Positions 10,531 through 24,876 of a stretch of DNA of 64,000 bases are shown here, in pieces. Numbering within the stretch: the stretch's first letter is position 1; each line of letters begins with the position of its first letter. Under the pieces are notes generated by a model. The model saw nothing but the letters and a program-made list of their open reading frames with translations, was not told the origin of the DNA and did no database searches. Both the position numbers and the translations under genes were made by a program. Source of the DNA: Auanema rhodensis (taxonomy: Eukaryota > Animalia > Nematoda); NCBI GenBank assembly GCA_964057225.1, contig OZ059896.1:20646001-20710000 (forward strand). The letters are read 5' to 3'.

Positions 10531-13500
10531 ATGATCGTTTGAAAAATGATGCATTAGTGTATGTTGAGTTTCCATGTACACTCAACATTGCTTCCAAAAA
10601 CATTTTGACAAAAATTTTTTCGAAATATTTCAAAATAATTTAGCAAAAAGTAGATGTTTTTAGATTCCTTTTTTTAAGGCAAAGACGATGGACAATGTTA
10701 TTCAACGAAAAAATTAATTCTTCAGGACGAAAATCGAGGATATAAGTGTGAACTTATATCAGTTGATATCTCGGTGCATTTTCAAGCTAGCGCAAATCTG
10801 ATAACACAGATCGACGCAGCTTAAAAATCCGCATCGAATGCACTATACTACATTGAGAAACGCTTGATACAAAAATTAGTTATGATCGTTTGAAAAATGA
10901 TGCATTAGTGTATGTTGAGTTTCCATGTACACTCAACATTGCTTCCAAAAACAGTTTGACAAAAATTTTTTCGAAAAATTTCAAAATAATTTAGCAAAAA
11001 GTAGATGTTTTTAGATTCCATTTTTCAAGGCAAAGACGATAGACAATGTTATTCAACGAAAAAATTAATTCTTCAGGGTGAAAATCGAGGATATAAGTGT
11101 AAACTTATATCAGTTGATATCTCGGTGCATTTTTAAGCTAGCGCAAATCTGATAACACAGATCGACGCAGCTTAAAAATCCGCATCGAATGCACTATACT
11201 ACATTGAGAAACGCTTGATACAAAAATTAGTTATGATCGTTTGAAAAATGATGCATTAGTGTATGTTGAGTTTCCATGTACACTCAACATTGCTTCCAAA
11301 AACATTTTGACAAAAATTTTTTCGAAAAATTTCAAAATAATTTAGCAAAAAGTAGATGTTTTTAGATTCCTTTTTTCAAGGCAAAGACGATGGACAATGT
11401 TATTCAACGAAAAAATTAATTCTTCAGGGTGAAAATAGAGGATATAAGTGTGAACTTATATCAGTTGATATCTCGGTGCATTTTTAAGCTAGCGCAAATC
11501 TGATAACACAGATCGGCGCAGCTTAAAATCCGCATCGAATGCACTATACTACATTGAGAAACGCTTGATACAAAAATTAGTTATGATCGTTTGAAAAATG
11601 ATGCATTAGTGTATGTTGAGTTTCCATGTACACTCAACATTGCTTCCAAAAACATTTTGACAAAAATTTTTTCGAAATATTTCAAAATAATTTAGCAAAA
11701 AGTAGATGTTTCTAGATTCCTTTTTTTAAGGCAAAGACGATGGACAATGTTATTCAACGAAAAAATTAATTCTTCAGGACGAAAATCGAGGATATAAGTG
11801 TGAACTTATATCAGTTGATATCTCGGTGCATTTTCAAGCTAGCGCAAATCTGATAACACAGATCGACGCAGCTTAAAAATCCGCATCGAATGCACTATAC
11901 TACATTGAGAAACGCTTGATACAAAAATTAGTTATGATCGTTTGAAAAATGATGCATTAGTGTATGTTGAGTTTCCATGTACACTCAACATTGCTTCCAA
12001 AAACAGTTTGACAAAAATTTTTTCGAAAAATTTCAAAATAATTTAGCAAAAAGTAGATGTTTTTAGATTCCATTTTTCAAGGCAAAGACGATAGACAATG
12101 TTATTCAACGAAAAAATTAATTCTTCAGGGTGAAAATCAAGGATATAAGTGTAAACTTATATCAGTTGATATCTCGGTGCATTTTTAAGCTAGCGCAAAT
12201 CTGATAACACAGATCGACGCAGCTTAAAAATCCGCATCGAATGCACTATACTACATTGAGAAACGCTTGATACAAAAATTAGTTATGATCGTTTGAAAAA
12301 TGATGCATTAGTGTATGTTGAGTTTCCATGTACACTCAACATTGCTTCCAAAAACATTTTGACAAAAATTTTTTCGAAAAATTTCAAAATAATTTAGCAA
12401 AAAGTAGATGTTTTTAGATTCCTTTTTTCAAGGCAAAGACGATGGACAATGTTATTCAACGAAAAAATTAATTCTTCAGGGTGAAAATAGAGGATATAAG
12501 TGTGAACTTATATCAGTTGATATCTCGGTGCATTTTTAAGCTAGCGCAAATCTGATAACACAGATCGGCGCAGCTTAAAATCCGCATCGAATGCACTATA
12601 CTACATTGAGAAACGCTTGATACAAAAATTAGTTATGATCGTTTGAAAAATGATGCATTAGTGTATGTTGAGTTTCCATGTACACTCAACATTGCTTCCA
12701 AAAACATTTTGACAAAAATTTTTTCGAAAAATTTCAAAATAATTTAGCAAAAAGTAGATGTTTTTAGATTCCTTTTTTCAAGGCAAAGACGATAGACAAT
12801 GTTATTCAACGAAAAAATTAATTCTTCAGGGTGAAAATCGAGGATATAAGTGTGAACTTATATCAGTTGATATCTCGGTGCATTTTTAAGCTAGCGCAAA
12901 TCTGATAACACAGATCGGCGCAGCTTAAAATCCGCATCGAATGCACTATACTACATTGAGAAACGCTTGATACAAAAATTAGTTATGATCGTTTGAAAAA
13001 TGATGCATTAGTGTATGTTGAGTTTCCATGTACACTCAACATTGCTTCCAAAAACATTTTGACAAAAATTTTTTCGAAATATTTCAAAATAATTTAGCAA
13101 AAAGTAGATGTTTTTAGATTCCTTTTTTTAAGGCAAAGACGATGGACAATGTTATTCAACGAAAAAATTAATTCTTCAGGACGAAAATCGAGGATATAAG
13201 TGTGAACTTATATCAGTTGATATCTCGGTGCATTTTCAAGCTAGCGCAAATCTGATAACACAGATCGACGCAGCTTAAAAATCCGCATCGAATGCACTAT
13301 ACTACATTGAGAAACGCTTGATACAAAAATTAGTTATGATCGTTTGAAAAATGATGCATTAGTGTATGTTGAGTTTCCATGTACACTCAACATTGCTTCC
13401 AAAAACAGTTTGACAAAAATTTTTTCGAAAAATTTCAAAATAATTTAGCAAAAAGTAGATGTTTTTAGATTCCATTTTTCAAGGCAAAGACGATAGACAA

Positions 13501-15439
13501 TGTTATTCAACGAAAAAATTAATTCTTCAGGGTGAAAATCGAGGATATAAGTGTAAACTTATATCAGTTGATATCTCGGTGCATTTTTAAGCTAGCGCAA
13601 ATCTGATAACACAGATCGACGCAGCTTAAAAATCCGCATCGAATGCACTATACTACATTGAGAAACGCTTGATACAAAAATTAGTTATGATCGTTTGAAA
13701 AATGATGCATTAGTGTATGTTGAGTTTCCATGTACACTCAACATTGCTTCCAAAAACATTTTGACAAAAATTTTTTCGAAAAATTTCAAAATAATTTAGC
13801 AAAAAGTAGATGTTTTTAGATTCCTTTTTTCAAGGCAAAGACGATGGACAATGTTATTCAACGAAAAAATTAATTCTTCAGGGTGAAAATAGAGGATATA
13901 AGTGTGAACTTATATCAGTTGATATCTCGGTGCATTTTTAAGCTAGCGCAAATCTGATAACACAGATCGGCGCAGCTTAAAATCCGCATCGAATGCACTA
14001 TACTACATTGAGAAACGCTTGATACAAAAATTAGTTATGATCGTTTGAAAAATGATGCATTAGTGTATGTTGAGTTTCCATGTACACTCAACATTGCTTC
14101 CAAAAACATTTTGACAAAAATTTTTTCGAAATATTTCAAAATAATTTAGCAAAAAGTAGATGTTTCTAGATTCCTTTTTTTAAGGCAAAGACGATGGACA
14201 ATGTTATTCAACGAAAAAATTAATTCTTCAGGACGAAAATCGAGGATATAAGTGTGAACTTATATCAGTTGATATCTCGGTGCATTTTCAAGCTAGCGCA
14301 AATCTGATAACACAGATCGACGCAGCTTAAAAATCCGCATCGAATGCACTATACTACATTGAGAAACGCTTGATACAAAAATTAGTTATGATCGTTTGAA
14401 AAATGATGCATTAGTGTATGTTGAGTTTCCATGTACACTCAACATTGCTTCCAAAAACAGTTTGACAAAAATTTTTTCGAAAAATTTCAAAATAATTTAG
14501 CAAAAAGTAGATGTTTTTAGATTCCATTTTTCAAGGCAAAGACGATAGACAATGTTATTCAACGAAAAAATTAATTCTTCAGGGTGAAAATCGAGGATAT
14601 AAGTGTAAACTTATATCAGTTGATATCTCGGTGCATTTTTAAGCTAGCGCAAATCTGATAACACAGATCGACGCAGCTTAAAAATCCGCATCGAATGCAC
14701 TATACTACATTGAGAAACGCTTGATACAAAAATTAGTTATGATCGTTTGAAAAATGATGCATTAGTGTATGTTGAGTTTCCATGTACACTCAACATTGCT
14801 TCCAAAAACATTTTGACAAAAATTTTTTCGAAAAATTTCAAAATAATTTAGCAAAAAGTAGATGTTTTTAGATTCCTTTTTTCAAGGCAAAGACGATGGA
14901 CAATGTTATTCAACGAAAAAATTAATTCTTCAGGGTGAAAATAGAGGATATAAGTGTGAACTTATATCAGTTGATATCTCGGTGCATTTTTAAGCTAGCG
15001 CAAATCTGATAACACAGATCGGCGCAGCTTAAAATCCGCATCGAATGCACTATACTACATTGAGAAACGCTTGATACAAAAATTAGTTATGATCGTTTGA
15101 AAAATGATGCATTAGTGTATGTTGAGTTTCCATGTACACTCAACATTGCTTCCAAAAACATTTTGACAAAAATTTTTTCGAAATATTTCAAAATAATTTA
15201 GCAAAAAGTAGATGTTTTTAGATTCCTTTTTTCAAGGCAAAGACGATGGACAATGTTATTCAACGAAAAAATTAATTCTTCAGGACGAAAATCGAGGATA
15301 TAAGTGTGAACTTATATCAGTTGATATCTCGGTGCATTTTCAAGCTAGCGCAAATCTGATAACACAGATCGACGCAGCTTAAAAATCCGCATCGAATGCA
15401 CTATACTACATTGAGAAACGCTTGATACAAAAATTAGTT
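10531..15439 (+). repeat. 7-monomer (2454 bp) duplication built from a 3-mer sub-unit
   Basis: CAGTTT/GTAAAC monomers at 10882, 11934, 13336 and 14388; AATATT+TTCTAG monomers at 11583 and 14037 (offset 2454). Confidence 0.8.
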
Positions 15440-17194
15440 ATGATCGTTTGAAAAATGATGCATTAGTGTATGTTGAGTTTCCATGTACACTCAACATTGC
15501 TTCCAAAAACATTTTGACAAAAATTTTTTCGAAATATTTCAAAATAATTTAGCAAAAAGTAGATGTTTTTAGATTCCTTTTTTTAAGGCAAAGACGATGG
15601 ACAATGTTATTCAACGAAAAAATTAATTCTTCAGGACGAAAATCGAGGATATAAGTGTGAACTTATATCAGTTGATATCTCGGTGCATTTTCAAGCTAGC
15701 GCAAATCTGATAACACAGATCGACGCAGCTTAAAAATCCGCATCGAATGCACTATACTACATTGAGAAACGCTCAATACAAAAATTAGTTATGATCGTTT
15801 GAAAAATGATGCATTAGTGTATGTTGAGTTTCCATGTACACTCAACATTGCTTCCAAAAACATTTTGACAAAAATTTTTTCGAAAAATTTCAAAATAATT
15901 TAGCAAAAAGTAGATGTTTTTAGATTCCTTTTTTTAAGGCAAAGACGATGGACAATGTTATTCAACGAAAAAAATTAATTCTTCAGGACGAAAATCGAGG
16001 ATATAAGTGTGAACTTATATCAGTTGATATCTCGGTGCATTTTTAAGCTAGCGCAAATCTGATAACACAGATCGACGCAGCTTAAAAATCCGCATCGAAT
16101 GCACTATACTACATTGAGAAACGCTTAATACAAAAATTAGTTATGATCGTTTGAAAAATGATGCATTAGTGTATGTTGAGTTTCCATGTATACTCAACAT
16201 TGCTTCCAAAAACATTTTGACAAAAATTTTTTCGAAAAATTTCAAAATAATTTAGCAAAAAGTAGATGTTTCTAGATTCCTTTTTTTAAGGCAAAGACGA
16301 TGGACAATGTTATTCAACGAAAAAATTAATTCTTCAGGGTGAAAATCGAGGATATAAGTGTGAACTTATATCAGTTGATATCTCGGTGCATTTTTAAGCT
16401 AGCGCAAATCTGATAACACAGATCGACGCAGCTTAAAAATCTGCATCGAATGCACTATACTACATCAAGAAACGCTTGATACAAAAATTAGTTATGATCG
16501 TTTGAAAAATGATGCATTAGTGTATGTTGAGTTTCCATGTACACTCAACATTGCTTCCAAAAACATTTTGACAAAAATTTTTTCGAAAAATTTCAAAATA
16601 ATTTAGCAAAAAGTAGATGTTTTTAGATTCCATTTTTCAAGGCAAAGACGATAGACAATGTTATTCAACGAAAAAATTAATTCTTCAGGGTGAAAATCGA
16701 GGATATAAGTGTGAACTTATATCAGTTGATATCTCGGTGCATTTTTAAGCTAGCGCAAATCTGATAACACAGATCGGCGCAGCTTAAAATCCGCATCGAA
16801 TGCACTATACTACATTGAGAAACGCTTGATACAAAAATTAGTTATGATCGTTTGAAAAATGATGCATTAGTGTATGTTGAGTTTCCATGTACACTCAACA
16901 TTGCTTCCAAAAACATTTTGACAAAAATTTTTTCGAAATATTTCAAAATAATTTAGCAAAAAGTAGATGTTTTTAGATTCCTTTTTTTAAGGCAAAGACG
17001 ATGGACAATGTTATTCAACGAAAAAATTAATTCTTCAGGACGAAAATCGAGGATATAAGTGTGAACTTATATCAGTTGATATCTCGGTGCATTTTCAAGC
17101 TAGCGCAAATCTGATAACACAGATCGACGCAGCTTAAAAATCCGCATCGAATGCACTATACTACATTGAGAAACGCTTGATACAAAAATTAGTT

Positions 17195-17504
17195 ATGATC
17201 GTTTGAAAAATGATGCATTAGTGTATGTTGAGTTTCCATGTACACTCAACATTGCTTCCAAAAACATTTTGACAAAAATTTTTTCGAAATATTTCAAAAT
17301 AATTTAGCAAAAAGTAGATGTTTTTAGATTCCTTTTTTCAAGGCAAAGACGATGGACAATGTTATTCAACGAAAAAATTAATTCTTCAGGACGAAAAGTG
17401 CATTTTTAAGCTAGCGCAAATCTGATAACACAGATCGGCGCAGCTTAAAATCCGCATCGAATGCACTATACTACATTGAGAAACGCTTGATACAAAAATT
17501 AGTT
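17195..17504 (+). repeat. Truncated 310-bp monomer with a 40-bp internal deletion
   Basis: Junction GGACGAAAA|GTGCATTTTT at 17397/17398. Monomer positions 204-243 are missing, and the common 1-bp A-run deletion is also present. Confidence 0.95.
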
Positions 17505-20500
17505 ATGATCGTTTGAAAAATGATGCATTAGTGTATGTTGAGTTTCCATGTACACTCAACATTGCTTCCAAAAACATTTTGACAAAAATTTTTTCGAAAA
17601 ATTTCAAAATAATTTAGCAAAAAGTAGATGTTTTTAGATTCCATTTTTTAAGGCAAAGACGATGGACAATGTTATTCAACGAAAAAAATTAATTCTTCAG
17701 GACGAAAATCGAGGATATAAGTGTGAACTTATATCAGTTGATATCTCGGTGCATTTTTAAGCTAGCGCAAATCTGATAACACAGATCGACGCAGCTTAAA
17801 AATCCGCATCGAATGCACTATACTACATTGAGAAACGCTTAATACAAAAATTAGTTATGATCGTTTGAAAAATGATGCATTAGTGTATGTTGAGTTTCCA
17901 TGTACACTCAACATTGCTTCCAAAAACATTTTGACAAAAATTTTTTCGAAAAATTTCAAAATAATTTAGCAAAAAGTAGATGTTTCTAGATTCCTTTTTT
18001 TAAGGCAAAGACGATGGACAATGTTATTCAACGAAAAAATTAATTCTTCAGGGTGAAAATCGAGGATATAAGTGTGAACTTATATCAGTTGATATCTCGG
18101 TGCATTTTTAAGCTAGCGCAAATCTGATAACACAGATCGACGCAGCTTAAAAATCTGCATCGAATGCACTATACTACATCAAGAAACGCTTGATACAAAA
18201 ATTAGTTATGATCGTTTGAAAAATGATGCATTAGTGTATGTTGAGTTTCCATGTACACTCAACATTGCTTCCAAAAACATTTTGACAAAAATTTTTTCGA
18301 AATATTTCAAAATAATTTAGCAAAAAGTAGATGTTTTTAGATTCCTTTTTTTAAGGCAAAGACGATGGACAATGTTATTCAACGAAAAAATTAATTCTTC
18401 AGGACGAAAATCGAGGATATAAGTGTGAACTTATATCAGTTGATATCTCGGTGCATTTTCAAGCTAGCGCAAATCTGATAACACAGATCGGCGCAGCTTA
18501 AAATCTGCATCGAATGCACTATACTACATTGAGAAACGCTTGATACAAAAATTAGTTATGATCGTTTGAAAAATGATGCATTAGTGTATGTTGAGTTTCC
18601 ATGTACACTCAACATTGCTTCCAAAAACATTTTGACAAAAATTTTTTCGAAATATTTCAAAATAATTTAGCAAAAAGTAGATGTTTTTAGATTCCTTTTT
18701 TCAAGGCAAAGACGATGGACAATGTTATTCAACGAAAAAATTAATTCTTCAGGACGAAAATCGAGGATATAAGTGTGAACTTATATCAGTTGATATCTCG
18801 GTGCATTTTCAAGCTAGCGCAAATCTGATAACACAGATCGACGCAGCTTAAAAATCCGCATCGAATGCACTATACTACATTGAGAAACGCTCAATACAAA
18901 AATTAGTTATGATCGTTTGAAAAATGATGCATTAGTGTATGTTGAGTTTCCATGTACACTCAACATTGCTTCCAAAAACATTTTGACAAAAATTTTTTCG
19001 AAAATTTTCAAAATAATTTAGCAAAAAGTAGATGTTTTTAGATTCCTTTTTTTAAGGCAAAGACGATGGACAATGTTATTCAACGAAAAAAATTAATTCT
19101 TCAGGACGAAAATCGAGGATATAAGTGTGAACTTATATCAGTTGATATCTCTGTGCATTTTTAAGCTAGCGCAAATCTGATAACACAGATCGACGCAGCT
19201 TAAAAATCCGCATCGAATGCACTATACTACATTGAGAAACGCTTAATACAAAAATTAGTTATGATCGTTTGAAAAATGATGCATTAGTGTATGTTGAGTT
19301 TCCATGTACACTCAACATTGCTTCCAAAAACATTTTGACAAAAATTTTTTCGAAAAATTTCAAAATAATTTAGCAAAAAGTAGATGTTTCTAGATTCCTT
19401 TTTTTAAGGCAAAGACGATGGACAATGTTATTCAACGAAAAAATTAATTCTTCAGGGTGAAAATCGAGGATATAAGTGTGAACTTATATCAGTTGATATC
19501 TCGGTGCATTTTTAAGCTAGCGCAAATCTGATAACACAGATCGACGCAGCTTAAAAATCTGCATCGAATGCACTATACTACATCAAGAAACGCTTGATAC
19601 AAAAATTAGTTATGATCGTTTGAAAAATGATGCATTAGTGTATGTTGAGTTTCCATGTACACTCAACATTGCTTCCAAAAACATTTTGACAAAAATTTTT
19701 TCGAAAAATTTCAAAATAATTTAGCAAAAAGTAGATGTTTCTAGATTCCTTTTTTTAAGGCAAAGACGATGGACAATGTTATTCAACGAAAAAATTAATT
19801 CTTCAGGGTGAAAATCGAGGATATAAGTGTGAACTTATATCAGTTGATATCTCGGTGCATTTTTAAGCTAGCGCAAATCTGATAACACAGATCGACGCAG
19901 CTTAAAAATCTGCATCGAATGCACTATACTACATCAAGAAACGCTTGATACAAAAATTAGTTATGATCGTTTGAAAAATGATGCATTAGTGTATGTTGAG
20001 TTTCCATGTACACTCAACATTGCTTCCAAAAACATTTTGACAAAAATTTTTTCGAAAAATTTCAAAATAATTTAGCAAAAAGTAGATGTTTTTAGATTCC
20101 ATTTTTCAAGGCAAAGACGATAGACAATGTTATTCAACGAAAAAATTAATTCTTCAGGGTGAAAATCGAGGATATAAGTGTGAACTTATATCAGTTGATA
20201 TCTCGGTGCATTTTTAAGCTAGCGCAAATCTGATAACACAGATCGGCGCAGCTTAAAATCTGCATCGAATGCACTATACTACATCAAGAAACGCTTGATA
20301 CAAAAATTAGTTATGATCGTTTGAAAAATGATGCATTAGTGTATGTTGAGTTTCCATGTACACTCAACATTGCTTCCAAAAACATTTTGACAAAAATTTT
20401 TTCGAAAAATTTCAAAATAATTTAGCAAAAAGTAGATGTTTTTAGATTCCATTTTTCAAGGCAAAGACGATAGACAATGTTATTCAACGAAAAAATTAAT

Positions 20501-23500
20501 TCTTCAGGGTGAAAATCGAGGATATAAGTGTGAACTTATATCAGTTGATATCTCGGTGCATTTTTAAGCTAGCGCAAATCTGATAACACAGATCGACGCA
20601 GCTTAAAAATCCGCATCGAATGCACTATACTACATTGAGAAACGCTTAATACAAAAATTAGTTATGATCGTTTGAAAAATGATGCATTAGTGTATGTTGA
20701 GTTTCCATGTACACTCAACATTGCTTCCAAAAACATTTTGACAAAAATTTTTTCGAAATATTTCAAAATAATTTAGCAAAAAGTAGATGTTTCTAGATTC
20801 CTTTTTTTAAGGCAAAGACGATGGACAATGTTATTCAACGAAAAAATTAATTCTTCAGGGTGAAAATCGAGGATATAAGTGTGAACTTATATCAGTTGAT
20901 ATCTCGGTGCATTTTTAAGCTAGCGCAAATCTGATAACACAGATCGACGCAGCTTAAAAATCCGCATCGAATGCACTATACTACATTGAGAAACGCTCAA
21001 TACAAAAATTAGTTATGATCGTTTGAAAAATGATGCATTAGTGTATGTTGAGTTTCCATGTACACTCAACATTGCTTCCAAAAACATTTTGACAAAAATT
21101 TTTTCGAAATATTTCAAAATAATTTAGCAAAAAGTAGATGTTTTTAGATTCCTTTTTTTAAGGCAAAGACGATGGACAATGTTATTCAACGAAAAAATTA
21201 ATTCTTCAGGACGAAAATCGAGGATATAAGTGTGAACTTATATCAGTTGATATCTCGGTGCATTTTCAAGCTAGCGCAAATCTGATAACACAGATCGACG
21301 CAGCTTAAAAATCCGCATCGAATGCACTATACTACATTGAGAAACGCTCAATACAAAAATTAGTTATGATCGTTTGAAAAATGATGCATTAGTGTATGTT
21401 GAGTTTCCATGTACACTCAACATTGCTTCCAAAAACATTTTGACAAAAATTTTTTCGAAAAATTTCAAAATAATTTAGCAAAAAGTAGATGTTTTTAGAT
21501 TCCTTTTTTTAAGGCAAAGACGATGGACAATGTTATTCAACGAAAAAAATTAATTCTTCAGGACGAAAATCGAGGATATAAGTGTGAACTTATATCAGTT
21601 GATATCTCGGTGCATTTTTAAGCTAGCGCAAATCTGATAACACAGATCGACGCAGCTTAAAAATCCGCATCGAATGCACTATACTACATTGAGAAACGCT
21701 TAATACAAAAATTAGTTATGATCGTTTGAAAAATGATGCATTAGTGTATGTTGAGTTTCCATGTACACTCAACATTGCTTCCAAAAACATTTTGACAAAA
21801 ATTTTTTCGAAAAATTTCAAAATAATTTAGCAAAAAGTAGATGTTTCTAGATTCCTTTTTTTAAGGCAAAGACGATGGACAATGTTATTCAACGAAAAAA
21901 TTAATTCTTCAGGGTGAAAATCGAGGATATAAGTGTGAACTTATATCAGTTGATATCTCGGTGCATTTTTAAGCTAGCGCAAATCTGATAACACAGATCG
22001 ACGCAGCTTAAAAATCCGCATCGAATGCACTATACTACATTGAGAAACGCTTAATACAAAAATTAGTTATGATCGTTTGAAAAATGATGCATTAGTGTAT
22101 GTTGAGTTTCCATGTACACTCAACATTGCTTCCAAAAACATTTTGACAAAAATTTTTTCGAAAAATTTCAAAATAATTTAGCAAAAAGTAGATGTTTTTA
22201 GATTCCATTTTTCAAGGCAAAGACGATAGACAATGTTATTCAACGAAAAAATTAATTCTTCAGGGTGAAAATCGAGGATATAAGTGTGAACTTATATCAG
22301 TTGATATCTCGGTGCATTTTTAAGCTAGCGCAAATCTGATAACACAGATCGACGCAGCTTAAAAATCCGCATCGAATGCACTATACTACATTGAGAAACG
22401 CTTAATACAAAAATTAGTTATGATCGTTTGAAAAATGATGCATTAGTGTATGTTGAGTTTCCATGTACACTCAACATTGCTTCCAAAAACATTTTGACAA
22501 AAATTTTTTCGAAAAATTTCAAAATAATTTAGCAAAAAGTAGATGTTTCTAGATTCCTTTTTTTAAGGCAAAGACGATGGACAATGTTATTCAACGAAAA
22601 AATTAATTCTTCAGGGTGAAAATCGAGGATATAAGTGTGAACTTATATCAGTTGATATCTCGGTGCATTTTTAAGCTAGCGCAAATCTGATAACACAGAT
22701 CGACGCAGCTTAAAAATCTGCATCGAATGCACTATACTACATCAAGAAACGCTTGATACAAAAATTAGTTATGATCGTTTGAAAAATGATGCATTAGTGT
22801 ATGTTGAGTTTCCATGTACACTCAACATTGCTTCCAAAAACATTTTGACAAAAATTTTTTCGAAAAATTTCAAAATAATTTAGCAAAAAGTAGATGTTTT
22901 TAGATTCCATTTTTCAAGGCAAAGACGATAGACAATGTTATTCAACGAAAAAATTAATTCTTCAGGGTGAAAATCGAGGATATAAGTGTGAACTTATATC
23001 AGTTGATATCTCGGTGCATTTTTAAGCTAGCGCAAATCTGATAACACAGATCGACGCAGCTTAAAAATCCGCATCGAATGCACTATACTACATTGAGAAA
23101 CGCTTAATACAAAAATTAGTTATGATCGTTTGAAAAATGATGCATTAGTGTATGTTGAGTTTCCATGTACACTCAACATTGCTTCCAAAAACATTTTGAC
23201 AAAAATTTTTTCGAAAAATTTCAAAATAATTTAGCAAAAAGTAGATGTTTTTAGATTCCTTTTTTCAAGGCAAAGACGATGGACAATGTTATTCAACGAA
23301 AAAATTAATTCTTCAGGGTGAAAATAGAGGATATAAGTGTGAACTTATATCAGTTGATATCTCGGTGCATTTTTAAGCTAGCGCAAATCTGATAACACAG
23401 ATCGGCGCAGCTTAAAATCCGCATCGAATGCACTATACTACATTGAGAAACGCTTGATACAAAAATTAGTTATGATCGTTTGAAAAATGATGCATTAGTG

Positions 23501-24876
23501 TATGTTGAGTTTCCATGTACACTCAACATTGCTTCCAAAAACATTTTGACAAAAATTTTTTCGAAAAATTTCAAAATAATTTAGCAAAAAGTAGATGTTT
23601 TTAGATTCCATTTTTTAAGGCAAAGACGATGGACAATGTTATTCAACGAAAAAAATTAATTCTTCAGGACGAAAATCGAGGATATAAGTGTGAACTTATA
23701 TCAGTTGATATCTCGGTGCATTTTTAAGCTAGCGCAAATCTGATAACACAGATCGGCGCAGCTTAAAATCCGCATCGAATGCACTATACTACATTGAGAA
23801 ACGCTTGATACAAAAATTAGTTATGATCGTTTGAAAAATGATGCATTAGTGTATGTTGAGTTTCCATGTACACTCAACATTGCTTCCAAAAACATTTTGA
23901 CAAAAATTTTTTCGAAAAATTTCAAAATAATTTAGCAAAAAGTAGATGTTTTTAGATTCCATTTTTTAAGGCAAAGACGATGGACAATGTTATTCAACGA
24001 AAAAAATTAATTCTTCAGGACGAAAATCGAGGATATAAGTGTGAACTTATATCAGTTGATATCTCGGTGCATTTTTAAGCTAGCGCAAATCTGATAACAC
24101 AGATCGACGCAGCTTAAAAATCTGCATCGAATGCACTATACTACATCAAGAAACGCTTGATACAAAAATTAGTTATGATCGTTTGAAAAATGATGCATTA
24201 GTGTATGTTGAGTTTCCATGTACACTCAACATTGCTTCCAAAAACATTTTGACAAAAATTTTTTCGAAAAATTTCAAAATAATTTAGCAAAAAGTAGATG
24301 TTTTTAGATTCCATTTTTCAAGGCAAAGACGATAGACAATGTTATTCAACGAAAAAATTAATTCTTCAGGGTGAAAATCGAGGATATAAGTGTGAACTTA
24401 TATCAGTTGATATCTCGGTGCATTTTTAAGCTAGCGCAAATCTGATAACACAGATCGACGCAGCTTAAAAATCCGCATCGAATGCACTATACTACATTGA
24501 GAAACGCTTAATACAAAAATTAGTTATGATCGTTTGAAAAATGATGCATTAGTGTATGTTGAGTTTCCATGTACACTCAACATTGCTTCCAAAAACATTT
24601 TGACAAAAATTTTTTCGAAAAATTTCAAAATAATTTAGCAAAAAGTAGATGTTTCTAGATTCCTTTTTTTAAGGCAAAGACGATGGACAATGTTATTCAA
24701 CGAAAAAATTAATTCTTCAGGGTGAAAATCGAGGATATAAGTGTGAACTTATATCAGTTGATATCTCGGTGCATTTTTAAGCTAGCGCAAATCTGATAAC
24801 ACAGATCGACGCAGCTTAAAAATCTGCATCGAATGCACTATACTACATCAAGAAACGCTTGATACAAAAATTAGTT

